DNA from: an uncultured Granulicatella sp.
Lineage (GTDB): Bacteria; Bacillota; Bacilli; Lactobacillales; Aerococcaceae
Length of the DNA stretch: 64,000 nucleotides
Reading direction: 5' to 3'
Assembly: GCF_963515095.1 (NCBI RefSeq)
Contig: NZ_CAUPXD010000003.1
Span: forward strand, 7,568-71,567
The notes under the pieces were generated by a model, which did not search any database, was not told the origin of the DNA, and worked only from the letters and a program-made list of their open reading frames with translations. Both the position numbers and the translations under genes were made by a program. Positions 42,373-52,408 of this stretch are shown piece by piece (position 1 is the first letter of the stretch; every line of letters starts with the position of its first letter).

Positions 42373-42675
42373 ATGAAAAATATATTATTAGTTTGTAATG
42401 CAGGAATGTCTACAAGTATGTTAGTAAAAAAGATGCAATCAAGTGCCGAAGAACGTTCTATTGAAGTACATATTGAAGCCAAGTCACTAACAGAAGCTAA
42501 GAAAAATTTACAAGAGGCGGATGTTATTTTAATTGGTCCTCAAATTCGATATGAACTTGAAAATGTAAAATCATTGGCAGGAGATGTTCCAGTTGCTGCA
42601 ATTGACATGAGAGATTATGGCATGATGAATGGACCGAAAGTTTTAGATCAAGCTTTGGCATTAGTGGAGGGATAA
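42373..42675 (+). CDS. PTS cellobiose-family IIB
   Basis: CNAGMSTSML, GPQIRY, YGMMNG. Confidence 0.95.
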   Translation: MKNILLVCNAGMSTSMLVKKMQSSAEERSIEVHIEAKSLTEAKKNLQEADVILIGPQIRYELENVKSLAGDVPVAAIDMRDYGMMNGPKVLDQALALVEG

Positions 42676-42676
42676 T

Positions 42677-42985
42677 ATGTCTGAAGATATGGAATTAGTA
42701 TGTTTTCAGTTGATTGCGAATAGTGGGGCAGCAAAATCTTCTTATATGGAAGCTGTGGAATTAGCGAAAAAAGGGGATTTTAAAGGTGCTGATGAAAAAG
42801 TAACAGAAGCAGAAGAATGCTTTGTTCAAGCGCATAAAATTCATGCAGATTTAATTCAAAAAGAAGCTGCAGGAGAAAAGACTGAACTATCTCTACTTTT
42901 TATTCATGCTGAAGATCAAATGGCAATGACTGAAATGGTTCAATTATTTTCCAAAGAATTAATTCAGTTGTATAAAGAACGTTAA
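42677..42985 (+). CDS. PTS cellobiose-family IIA
   Basis: SGAAKS, AH..H, HAEDQ. Confidence 0.95.
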   Translation: MSEDMELVCFQLIANSGAAKSSYMEAVELAKKGDFKGADEKVTEAEECFVQAHKIHADLIQKEAAGEKTELSLLFIHAEDQMAMTEMVQLFSKELIQLYKER

Positions 42986-43124
42986 ATTATTAAAGGTTCG
43001 AATGATAGAAATATGTCATTCGAATCTTTTTTTATAAATTCACCAATATTCAAGACACTTTCTTGCAAAAAACATCATAGTTTACTATTATAAAGAAGTA
43101 AAAATAGAACTTGCGAGGGATAAT

Positions 43125-44507
43125 ATGAATCAAAAATACGGAATTATTTTAGCAGCTGGAAAAGGCACACGAATGAAATCTGAACTTTATAAAGTGATGC
43201 ATCCAGTTTGTGGAAAACCAATGGTAGAGCATGTGGTAGATCAAGTAGAACGTGCAGGAGCCGAAACGATTGTAGCCATTGTTGGACATGGTGCAGAAAT
43301 GGTACAACAACAATTAGGGGAACGTGTTTCTTATGCATTGCAAGCAGAACAATTAGGAACAGGTCATGCCGTTTTACAAGCAGAAGAATTGTTGAAAGAC
43401 AAAGAAGGAACAACTTTAGTTGTTTGTGGAGATACACCGCTATTAACAGCTGAAACTTTTGAACAATTAATGAAAGTTCATGAAGATACAAAAGCAAAAG
43501 CAACGATTTTAACAGCTTGGGTAGACGACCCGACTGGATATGGACATGTAGTTCGTGAGAAAGATGGAACAGTTTTAAAAAATGTAGAACATAAAGATGC
43601 TACTCCAGAAGAAGCAGTGATTCAAGAAATTAATACAGGAACTTATTGCTTTGATAATCAATCTCTATTCAGCGCATTAAGCGAAGTTGGAAATGATAAT
43701 GCACAAGGGGAATATTACTTACCGGACGTATTAGAAATTTTGAAAAAACGTGGAGAAATTATTTCTGCGTATCAAATGCCAAATGTGGATGAAGGAATGG
43801 GCGTTAATGACCGAGTTGCTTTATCAAAAGCAGAAAAATCAATGCGTCAACGTATTAATGAACAACATATGAGAAACGGTGTAACATTAATTGACCCTGA
43901 ACAAACGTATATTGACTCAGAAGTAGTGATTGGTTCAGATACAGTCATTGAACCAGGAGTGTATTTAAAAGGGAATACAGTCATTGGACAACATTGCCAT
44001 ATTACTTCAGGAAGTGTCATTCGTGATTCTATTTTAGAAGATTATGTAACAGTCACAAGTTCAAATATTGAAGAATCATTGATGAAATCTCATAGTAATG
44101 CAGGCCCATTTGCACATCTTCGTCCAAAAGCTGTACTAGGAAATTCTGTTCACATTGGAAACTTCGTAGAAGTGAAGAATGCAACTTTAGGAACAGGTAC
44201 AAAAGTCGGTCATTTAACGTATGTAGGTGACGCTGATTTAGGAAAAGAAATTAATGTTGGTTGTGGAACAATCTTTGTAAACTATGACGGTAAAAATAAA
44301 CATAGAGCCACTGTAGGCGACCGTGCGTTTATCGGCTGTAATGCGAATTTAGTAGCACCTGTTACAATTGGAGATGATGTCTTTATTGCAGCGGGTTCTA
44401 CAATTACAAGAGACGTTCCAAATGGAGCATTAGCAATTGCTCGTTCTCGTCAAGAAAATAAAGAAAACTATGCTGAAAAATTACCTTCAGCTCAAAAAAA
44501 TTCATAG
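43125..44507 (+). CDS. glmU: Bifunctional GlmU
   Basis: [19 protein letters not shown], hexapeptide repeats, NYDG. Confidence 0.98.
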   Translation: MNQKYGIILAAGKGTRMKSELYKVMHPVCGKPMVEHVVDQVERAGAETIVAIVGHGAEMVQQQLGERVSYALQAEQLGTGHAVLQAEELLKDKEGTTLVVCGDTPLLTAETFEQLMKVHEDTKAKATILTAWVDDPTGYGHVVREKDGTVLKNVEHKDATPEEAVIQEINTGTYCFDNQSLFSALSEVGNDNAQGEYYLPDVLEILKKRGEIISAYQMPNVDEGMGVNDRVALSKAEKSMRQRINEQHMRNGVTLIDPEQTYIDSEVVIGSDTVIEPGVYLKGNTVIGQHCHITSGSVIRDSILEDYVTVTSSNIEESLMKSHSNAGPFAHLRPKAVLGNSVHIGNFVEVKNATLGTGTKVGHLTYVGDADLGKEINVGCGTIFVNYDGKNKHRATVGDRAFIGCNANLVAPVTIGDDVFIAAGSTITRDVPNGALAIARSRQENKENYAEKLPSAQKNS

Positions 44508-44599
44508 AAATATACATTTAGTTCTTTAAAAACGAATCAAAAACGTTTATTATTATAGTAGTGAAAAAACAAAAATAAAATTCTTCGGGGGTTATCATT

Positions 44600-45577
44600 G
44601 TGGAACATTATTCCGATCCAAATTTAAAGATTTTTGCATTAAGCTCAAATCGTCCATTAGCTCAAAAAATTGCAGATCAAGTCGGGGTAGAATTAGGGAA
44701 AGTATCCGTTACTCAGTTTAGTGATGGAGAGATTAAAATTAACATTGATGAAAGTATTCGTGGAGATCATGTTTATATTGTTCAATCAACATCGTATCCA
44801 GTAAATGATAACTTAATGGAGTTATTAATTATGATCGATGCATTACGTCGTGCAAGTGCAAAAACAATTAACGTTGTATTACCGTACTATGGATATGCAC
44901 GTCAAGATCGTAAAGCTCAATCACGTGAACCAATTACAGCAAAATTAGTAGCAAATATGATTACACAAGCAGGTGCTGACCGTGTGTTAACATTAGACTT
45001 ACATGCTGCTCAAATTCAAGGATTCTTTGATATTCCAGTGGATCACTTATTAGGAGCTCCATTATTAGCCAATTATTTCTTAGAAAATAATTTCAAAGAT
45101 AAAGATATCGTCGTTGTTTCACCAGATCATGGTGGAGTAACTCGTGCACGTAAATTAGCAGAATTCTTACATGCTCCAATTGCGATTATTGATAAACGTC
45201 GTCCAAAAGCAAATGTTGCAGAAGTGATGAATATTATTGGGGATGTTAAAGGGAAAGTTGCCGTATTAATCGATGATATGATTGATACAGCTGGAACTAT
45301 TACATTAGCAGCTCAAGCTTTACAAGATGCGGGGGCATTAGAAGTTTATGCTTGTTGTACTCACCCTGTATTATCGGGTCCAGCATTAGATCGTTTAAAT
45401 GCTTCTGTAATTAAAGAAGTAGTTGTAACGGACTCCATTCAAGTTCCTGAAGAAAAAACAGGTGGAAAAATTGTACAAGTTAGCGTGGATCAATTAATGG
45501 CTGAAGCGATTAGACGTATTCATGAAAATCGTTCAGTAAGTCCATTATTTATTGAAAAGTTCACAATTATAGATTAA
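44600..45577 (+). CDS. prs: Ribose-phosphate pyrophosphokinase
   Basis: [25 protein letters not shown]. Confidence 0.98.
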   Translation: MEHYSDPNLKIFALSSNRPLAQKIADQVGVELGKVSVTQFSDGEIKINIDESIRGDHVYIVQSTSYPVNDNLMELLIMIDALRRASAKTINVVLPYYGYARQDRKAQSREPITAKLVANMITQAGADRVLTLDLHAAQIQGFFDIPVDHLLGAPLLANYFLENNFKDKDIVVVSPDHGGVTRARKLAEFLHAPIAIIDKRRPKANVAEVMNIIGDVKGKVAVLIDDMIDTAGTITLAAQALQDAGALEVYACCTHPVLSGPALDRLNASVIKEVVVTDSIQVPEEKTGGKIVQVSVDQLMAEAIRRIHENRSVSPLFIEKFTIID

Positions 45578-45646
45578 AAAGTTGAAGGTTAAATAGGAGG
45601 CTGGAGAGATTTCTTCAGTCTTTTTTATTCTAAAGGAGGTTAATTA

Positions 45647-46858
45647 GTGAATTCGTGTACAATTAAGGAAAAAGTTTTACTAGGAATGGTTAGTATCATC
45701 GTCGGAGTGATTACTGGTGTTTTAACGTCCTTTTTTGGGCAAGTATTATTAAAAGTATCCGAATTACGGGTAGAATATTTTGCGTATTTGATTCCGTTTT
45801 TAGCAGTAGTAGGATTTTTATTTCATACAGTCTATTTAAAATATGGGAAAAATGCAGTAGAAGGTATGAATATTGTCTTTCGAATTGGTCAAGGAGAGGA
45901 CAATCGTATTTCAAAATGGTTAATTCCTTTTATGATGATTGGAACATGGCTAGCTCATTTATTTGGAGCAAGTGTGGGTCGAGAAGGAGTTGCGGTTCAA
46001 TTAGGAGCAACGGTTGCAAATCAGTTTCAACAATGGTTTTCTTCTAAGAGAAATCGTCAAATTTTATTAATGATTGGGATGGCGAGTGGTTTTGCTGGAT
46101 TATTTGGAACTCCTCTAGCAGCGACGTTCTTTGCGATTGAAGTAATGATTGTCGGGCAATTACAAATTGATGCATTATTTTATGCATTGTTGTCCAGTTT
46201 TATTTCGATGAATGTAGCTCAAAGTTTAGGATTAGAGAAATTTATGGTGGGCATTCCTGTAGAAATTCAATTCGATGAAACTTTATTAAAGATGGTAGGT
46301 TTAGGAATTGCTTTTGGATTAACAGGAAGACTATTTAGTGTGAGTTTGGCGTATTTGAAAAAATATTGGAGTACCAAAATTCCAAGTCCAACTTTAAGAA
46401 TATTTTTATTAGGAATTGTTGTCAGTATTTTAATCGTGGCTTTTGGTAGTGGCCGTTATGCAGGATTAGGGACGAATTTAATTCATGCTAGTTTTTATAG
46501 TGAGACAATTTTTGTACAAGATTGGATTTTAAAATTAGGATTAACAGTTTTTTCTCTTAGTGCAGGATTTCTAGGTGGGGAAGTAACTCCACTCTTTTCA
46601 ATTGGGTCTTCTTTAGGAATTGTAATGAGTTCTTGGCTAGGAATTTCTCCAATGGTAGCAGCTGCATTAGGTTATGGAGCTGTATTTGGAAGTGCGACAA
46701 ATACTTGGCTAGCCCCTATTTTTATTATCGGTGAAGTATTCGGATATAGTATGATGCCATATGCAGCAATTGTATGTATTGTCGCATTTGTCGTAAATGG
46801 AAATAATAGCATTTATGGACAACAGAAAATTTTTGAATTAGAAGGTATAGAAAGATAA
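45647..46858 (+). CDS. CLC-family anion transporter, CLC-F (fluoride exporter) type
   Basis: GREGV and GEVTP motifs; GMNIV in place of the chloride-type GSGIP. Confidence 0.85.
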   Translation: MNSCTIKEKVLLGMVSIIVGVITGVLTSFFGQVLLKVSELRVEYFAYLIPFLAVVGFLFHTVYLKYGKNAVEGMNIVFRIGQGEDNRISKWLIPFMMIGTWLAHLFGASVGREGVAVQLGATVANQFQQWFSSKRNRQILLMIGMASGFAGLFGTPLAATFFAIEVMIVGQLQIDALFYALLSSFISMNVAQSLGLEKFMVGIPVEIQFDETLLKMVGLGIAFGLTGRLFSVSLAYLKKYWSTKIPSPTLRIFLLGIVVSILIVAFGSGRYAGLGTNLIHASFYSETIFVQDWILKLGLTVFSLSAGFLGGEVTPLFSIGSSLGIVMSSWLGISPMVAAALGYGAVFGSATNTWLAPIFIIGEVFGYSMMPYAAIVCIVAFVVNGNNSIYGQQKIFELEGIER

Positions 46859-47003
46859 AAAACAGGGGCAAGTATTTTGTCCCTGTTGTTATATACACAC
46901 TTTAAGTAGCAAAAAATTACTGATAACTTTCTTGATTTTAGAGCCGAGAGAAGCTCACTATATAACTTTCTCACTTAGGATTGAGATACACGTTTTTTCA
47001 GAA

Positions 47004-47165
47004 TTATTTATTACATCGAAATTCTATCATAAATACACCTAAAACTATAAAAATACAGGAAATTACTGCGCTCATTACTAGTGATACATTCATATAATTT
47101 TTTAGAAAAGAAAATAAGGCTACTCCTAAAACGGTTATCAAGCTCGTTAATATTCTCTTTTTCAT
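47004..47165 (-). CDS. Small two-TM protein, 53 aa
   Basis: MKKRILTSLITVLGVALFSFLKNYMNVSLVMSAVISCIFIVLGVFMIEFRCNK; AGGGG RBS and upstream TATAAT. Confidence 0.68.
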   Translation of the reverse strand: MKKRILTSLITVLGVALFSFLKNYMNVSLVMSAVISCIFIVLGVFMIEFRCNK

Positions 47166-47448
47166 ATATTCATCCCCTAATTCAATATTTTTATCTTTAA
47201 CACTTACTATTATATTTCTTTGATTAGAAAAATTTGCAGAATATAACTTATACAGTTATACATAAAAGAGTCGCCAAAAAATCGCTTTCTTTTATGCTTG
47301 TATTATAATTAATTTTTAAGCAAAATACAATGAATATTAAAACTAAGAGACAGATATACTCGTGGTGTAAAATTTGACAAATTTTTAAATAAACGAAAAA
47401 ATTCACTTGTTATTTTATGAAAAGTCTAGTATACTTTCGCATAGCGAG

Positions 47449-47590
47449 GGCTTTTAAATTCATCCCGTGAGGTGAAAAAGGCGATCATAGTTCAAGTTTA
47501 TATTTCTAGGAGAATTTTTTATGCATAGAGAGAATTCTTCTGTATGAAAGCAGCCCTTTTGCAAACAAAATTTGATAGGGTTGCTTTTTT
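47449..47590 (+). promoter_or_regulatory. PyrR binding loop and attenuator
   Basis: CTTTTAA..ATCCCGTGAGG..AAAAG, then terminator AAGCAGCCCT...AGGGTTGCTT-TTTT; upstream of a uracil permease. Confidence 0.88.
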
Positions 47591-47620
47591 GTATGCACAA
47601 AAAGGCCCGGAAAAGAGGAA

Positions 47621-48910
47621 ATGATGGAGTTACAAACTTCAAAAGTCAACTTATTACTTGATGTGGATCAAAATCCACCTTTAGCCAAAGGCTTATTACT
47701 AAGCTTGCAACATGTGTTTGCGATGTTTGGGGCAACGATTTTAGTACCATTAATTTTAGGGATGCCTGTTTCTGTAGCATTATTTGCTTCAGGTTTAGGA
47801 ACTCTGATTTACATGGTAGCAACTCAATTTAAAGTGCCAGTGTACTTAGGTTCTTCATTTGCATTTATTTCAGCGATGGCATTTGCAATGAAACAAATGA
47901 ATGGAGATGTTTCAGCGGCTCAGTCAGGGGTTGTTCTTGTAGGTCTTGTTTATGTAATAGTAGCATTAGCGGTTAAATTAATTGGAACAAAATGGATTGA
48001 TCGTTTATTACCACCGATTGTCATTGGACCAATGATTATGGTAATTGGTTTAGGATTAGCAAATTCAGCCGTGACAAATGCAGGATTTATTAAAGATGGT
48101 ACAGTTCAACAAATAACAGTAGCGATTGTAACTTTCTTGATTACAGCATTTATTAATACAAAAGCTAAAGGATTTTTAAAAATTATTCCATTCTTATTCG
48201 GAATTATTGGAGGATATATTGTAGCTGTACTGTTTGGATTGGTTGATTTCACTCCAGTATTAGAAGCAGATTGGATTGCGATTCCGCAATTATATTTACC
48301 ATTTTCGACAAATGGATTTTTCAAAGAATATCATTGGTATTTTGGACCTGAAACTTGGGCAATCTTACCAGTTGCCGTTGTAACCATTGCAGAACATATT
48401 GGAGATCATACGGTTTTAAGTCAAATTTGTGGAAGACAATTTTTGAAAACACCGGGCTTACATCGTACATTAATTGGAGATGGTGTTGCGACTGCAGTTT
48501 CAGCATTTATGGGTGGTCCTGCGAATACAACTTATGGTGAGAATACCGGTGTTGTAGGGATGACAAGAATTGCTAGTGTTTCAGTGATTCGTAATGCAGC
48601 ATTATTTGCGATTGGGTTGAGTTTCCTTGGGAAGTTTACAGCGTTGATTTCTACTATTCCAAATGCAGTGCTTGGTGGGATGGCTATCTTACTATATGGA
48701 GTTATTGCAAGTAATGGTTTGAAAGTGTTAATTGAAAAGCAAGTAGATTTTAGAGAAGTGCGTAATTTGATTATTGCGAGTTCAATGTTAGTGTTAGGAT
48801 TAGGTGGAGCAATTTTAGAATTAGGTCCTGTGACATTGTCCGGTACATCATTATGTGCATTAGCAGGGGTTATTTTGAACCTAGTGTTGCCGTATGAAAA
48901 CAGAAAATGA
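47621..48910 (+). CDS. pyrP: Uracil permease (NCS2)
   Basis: QHVFAMFGAT, YLGSSFAF, EHIGD, NTTYGEN. Confidence 0.93.
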   Translation: MMELQTSKVNLLLDVDQNPPLAKGLLLSLQHVFAMFGATILVPLILGMPVSVALFASGLGTLIYMVATQFKVPVYLGSSFAFISAMAFAMKQMNGDVSAAQSGVVLVGLVYVIVALAVKLIGTKWIDRLLPPIVIGPMIMVIGLGLANSAVTNAGFIKDGTVQQITVAIVTFLITAFINTKAKGFLKIIPFLFGIIGGYIVAVLFGLVDFTPVLEADWIAIPQLYLPFSTNGFFKEYHWYFGPETWAILPVAVVTIAEHIGDHTVLSQICGRQFLKTPGLHRTLIGDGVATAVSAFMGGPANTTYGENTGVVGMTRIASVSVIRNAALFAIGLSFLGKFTALISTIPNAVLGGMAILLYGVIASNGLKVLIEKQVDFREVRNLIIASSMLVLGLGGAILELGPVTLSGTSLCALAGVILNLVLPYENRK

Positions 48911-49077
48911 TTTTTATGATGTAGTAAGGGACGGAAGCAGCCTCGCAAAAAAGCGAGTCTCATTCCTAAAATTCGAGCCTAAGGTCTCGAATTTTCCCAG
49001 CAATATAAGCCACAAATGGAGTGGCTTATATTGCTAATGCAGCATCAAAAAATCATTTTCTGTTTTCTACTTTTTTT
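48896..49077 (+). repeat. Structured intergenic repeat, copy B (full form)
   Basis: Outer stem GAAAACAGAAAATGATTTTT/AAAAATCATTTTCTGTTTTC enclosing three hairpins; T-run. Confidence 0.9.
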
Positions 49078-49109
49078 GATGAGGGATGTATATTAGGATG
49101 ATTTACGTA

Positions 49110-49162
49110 ATATAGCGAAGGACGCCAGCAGCTTCGCAAAAGCGAATCTCATGGCTAAAAAT
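49110..49162 (+). repeat. Structured intergenic repeat, copy C (3'-truncated)
   Basis: GGACGCCAGCAGCTTCGC-AAAA-GCGAATCTCATGGCTAAAAAT; identical to copy D except for the loop. Confidence 0.88.
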
Positions 49163-49367
49163 ACCTCAAAGAACATTTAGGAGAAAGCAAAACCTACGAA
49201 AAGAAGTTGAACAAGCTGAAAGAGTTAGAAGTTGTATAGAGAAATTACTGAAAGAAAACTAACACAGGTAAAAAAATAAGAGTTAGACCTATAAAACTTG
49301 ATAAGAATATACTATAATATCATGGGAATATTGAGTGAAACAAATTAGAAGTTGAAGAGGTGAGCTT

Positions 49368-49886
49368 TTGAGAGCATACGAAAATAAAGAAGAACTCAAA
49401 CTTGAAATAAATAAAGCATTTGGCAAATATATTTCAGAATTTGAGGATATTCCGGAAAGTTTAAAAGATAAGAAATTTGATGAAGTCGATAGAACTCCGG
49501 CTGAAAATCTTGCTTATCAGGTAGGCTGGACAAGCTTAGTTCTTAAATGGGAGGAAGATGAAAGAAATGGACTTCAAGTAAAAACACCATCAAATGAATT
49601 CAAATGGAATCAACTTGGTGAATTATATCAGTGGTTTACGGATACTTATGCTCATTTATCTATACAAGAGTTAAAACTAAAATTAAAAGCAAATGTTAAT
49701 TCTATTTGTGTAATGATTGATTCGTTGAGTGAGGAAGAATTATTTAAACCACATATGAGAAAATGGGCTGATGAAGCGACTAAAACAGCAGTATGGGAAG
49801 TATATAAATTTATTCATGTCAATACAGTTGCACCTTTTGGAACTTTCAGAACAAAAATTAGAAAATGGAAGAAGATAGCACTTTAA
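49368..49886 (+). CDS. ClbS/DfsB (DUF1706) four-helix-bundle protein
   Basis: TPAENLAYQVGW, FKWNQLGELY, VNTVAPFGTFRTKIRKWKK; TTG start after GAGGTG. Confidence 0.85.
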   Translation: MRAYENKEELKLEINKAFGKYISEFEDIPESLKDKKFDEVDRTPAENLAYQVGWTSLVLKWEEDERNGLQVKTPSNEFKWNQLGELYQWFTDTYAHLSIQELKLKLKANVNSICVMIDSLSEEELFKPHMRKWADEATKTAVWEVYKFIHVNTVAPFGTFRTKIRKWKKIAL

Positions 49887-50035
49887 ATTCCAGTTTGTAT
49901 AATTGAATATAATAGTTTTAGTAACAGTAAATCAAAAAAGGTTTACTGTTTTTTGTTTATTAATTTGAGAAAGCGAAAAAACGGTAGAAAATATGCTATA
50001 ATAAAAAAATAGTACGAGTAAAGGAGAGTGAGAAG

Positions 50036-50605
50036 ATGGGGAGTTTTCAAGAGGATATGGAAACCTATAAAAAGAACGATCCAGCGGCACGAAGTAGTTT
50101 AGAAATTATTTTAACGTATCCAGGCTATCATGCGACTGTGTTGCATCGACTAGCACACTGGTTACATACTACTTGCCGATGTAGACTTCTTGCTCGCATG
50201 CTGAGTACATTTAGTCGATTTTTTACTGGAATTGAAATTCATCCGGCAGCTCAAATTGGTCGTCGCTTTTTTATTGACCATGGAATGGGAATCGTTATTG
50301 GTGAAACTGCGATTATCGGAGATGATGTGAAAATGTTCCACGGTGTTACATTAGGCGGAACAGGAAAGCAAACAGGAAAACGTCACCCAACTATTGAAGA
50401 TGGAGTATTATTGTCTGCTCATGTTCAAGTAATTGGACCTGTTACAATTGGAGAAGGTTCCAAAATTGGTGCAGCAGCAGTAGTATTATCAGATATTCCA
50501 GCTCATACAACAGCAGTAGGCTTACCTGCTAAAGTTGTTCGGATTCATTCAAAAGAAGAACGAGAAATCACAGAATATGGAGGAAATTATGATTCAAGTA
50601 TATAA
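50036..50605 (+). CDS. cysE: Serine O-acetyltransferase
   Basis: [25 protein letters not shown]. Confidence 0.96.
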   Translation: MGSFQEDMETYKKNDPAARSSLEIILTYPGYHATVLHRLAHWLHTTCRCRLLARMLSTFSRFFTGIEIHPAAQIGRRFFIDHGMGIVIGETAIIGDDVKMFHGVTLGGTGKQTGKRHPTIEDGVLLSAHVQVIGPVTIGEGSKIGAAAVVLSDIPAHTTAVGLPAKVVRIHSKEEREITEYGGNYDSSI

Positions 50606-52001
50606 CACTTTAACACGTCAAAAAGAAGAATTTAAACCACTAGAACCTGACATTGTAAAAATGTATGTTTGCGGACCAACAGTTTATAATTATATTCATA
50701 TTGGAAATGCGAGAAGTACGGTTGCATTTGATACTATCCGTCGTTATTTTGAATACCGTGGGTATGATGTGAACTATGTTTCGAATTTTACAGATGTGGA
50801 TGATAAGATTATTAAAGCAGCGAATGAAACAGGAATGACACCTGAAGAAGTTTCTAAAAAATATATTGAAGCTTTTTATGAAGATACAGCTGCATTAAAT
50901 GTAAAAAAAGCAACTTTAAATCCAACCGTTATGAATACAATGGATGATATTATTGCCTTTGTAGAAGCATTAGTCGAAAAAGAAGCAGCGTATGAATCTG
51001 GTGGAGATGTATATTTCATCACTGAAAAATTCAAAGATTATGGAAAATTAAGTGATCAAAGTATTCAAGATTTACAAGTAGGAGCTAGCCAAAGAACGGA
51101 AAGTGCAGATGATGCTAAAAAGAGAAATCCATTAGACTTTGCTCTATGGAAAAGTGCTAAACCAGGGGAAATTAGTTGGGATTCTCCTTGGGGCAAAGGT
51201 CGTCCAGGTTGGCATATTGAATGTTCTGTAATGGCGACAAAACATTTAGGAGATACGATTGATATTCACGGTGGTGGACAAGACTTAGCATTCCCACACC
51301 ATGAAAATGAAATTGCGCAAAGTGAATCGAAAACAGGTCATCCATTTGCTCGTTATTGGATGCATAATGCCTTTGTAACAATGGGTGAAGATGGAGAAAA
51401 AATGAGTAAATCTCTTGGTAATTTCGTATTAGTTCACGATATTATTAAAGAAATTGACCCTCAAATTTTACGTTTCTTCCTAGCAAGTGCTCACTATCGT
51501 AGACCATTGAAATTCAGTGAGTCTTCACTGCAAGAAGCAACAGCTAATGTGTCAAAAATTCAAACAACCTTTAGCAATACACGTTACCGTTTAGAACAGG
51601 CAGTTGACTCGTTGGAAGATGACCAAGATGTATGGGCTAGTTTTGAAGCATTAGAAGGTAAATTCCAAGAAGAAATGGATGATGATTTTAATGCAGCTAA
51701 TGGGATGACAGTGTTATATCAATTCGTAAAAGAATGGAATGTATATTTAGAGCGTGAAGCAGTATCACGTGTTATTTTAGAAAAATTATTAGAAAAAGCT
51801 GAACAATTATTTGCGATTTTTGGAATGAAAGAAGTTCAAGAAGAATTAGTAGATGATGACATTCAAGCATTAATTGATGAACGTTTAGAAGCAAGAAAAG
51901 CGAAAAACTTTGCACGAAGCGATGAAATTAGAGAATTATTGAAAGCTCAAGGAATTGTGTTAGAAGATACTGCTCAAGGAACAAGATGGAGAAGAGTATA
52001 A
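50589..52001 (+). CDS. cysS: Cysteine-tRNA ligase
   Basis: [28 protein letters not shown] at 50589 after GGAGG. Confidence 0.98.
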   Translation: MIQVYNTLTRQKEEFKPLEPDIVKMYVCGPTVYNYIHIGNARSTVAFDTIRRYFEYRGYDVNYVSNFTDVDDKIIKAANETGMTPEEVSKKYIEAFYEDTAALNVKKATLNPTVMNTMDDIIAFVEALVEKEAAYESGGDVYFITEKFKDYGKLSDQSIQDLQVGASQRTESADDAKKRNPLDFALWKSAKPGEISWDSPWGKGRPGWHIECSVMATKHLGDTIDIHGGGQDLAFPHHENEIAQSESKTGHPFARYWMHNAFVTMGEDGEKMSKSLGNFVLVHDIIKEIDPQILRFFLASAHYRRPLKFSESSLQEATANVSKIQTTFSNTRYRLEQAVDSLEDDQDVWASFEALEGKFQEEMDDDFNAANGMTVLYQFVKEWNVYLEREAVSRVILEKLLEKAEQLFAIFGMKEVQEELVDDDIQALIDERLEARKAKNFARSDEIRELLKAQGIVLEDTAQGTRWRRV

Positions 52002-52408
52002 TGGAAATCATTAAAGATTGGCATTTATTAAATGGCTTAACACTAGCTTATATGGGTGACGGTATTTATGAATTATATATTCGTCAACATGTGCTAAGAA
52101 CTGGAAAGACGAAACCAAATATCTTACATCGTGAAGCTACTCGTTATGTTTCTGCCAAAGCTCAAGCAAATTTAATTCAACAAATGTTGGATAGCGAATC
52201 ATTTTTAACAGAAGAAGAATTAGAATACTTCAAACGTGGAAGAAATGCTAAGAGTCATACTAAGGCAAAAAATGCGGATGTCATTACTTATCGTATGTCT
52301 ACAGGATTTGAAGCGATGATTGGCTATTTATATTTAAGTGGACAAAAAGAGCGATTAGAGGAAGTCATCGCATGGTGTATTCAACAAGTGGAGGAAAAAC
52401 ATGGCTAG
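52001..52408 (+). CDS. mrnC: Mini-ribonuclease III
   Basis: LAYMGD, VSAKAQA, KRGRNA, STGFEA; synteny. Confidence 0.95.
   Translation: MEIIKDWHLLNGLTLAYMGDGIYELYIRQHVLRTGKTKPNILHREATRYVSAKAQANLIQQMLDSESFLTEEELEYFKRGRNAKSHTKAKNADVITYRMSTGFEAMIGYLYLSGQKERLEEVIAWCIQQVEEKHG

Noticed and set aside
49960..50035. T-box upstream of cysE-cysS
   Set aside because: The -10 lies only about 33 nt from the ATG, leaving no room, and no T-box motif is present.
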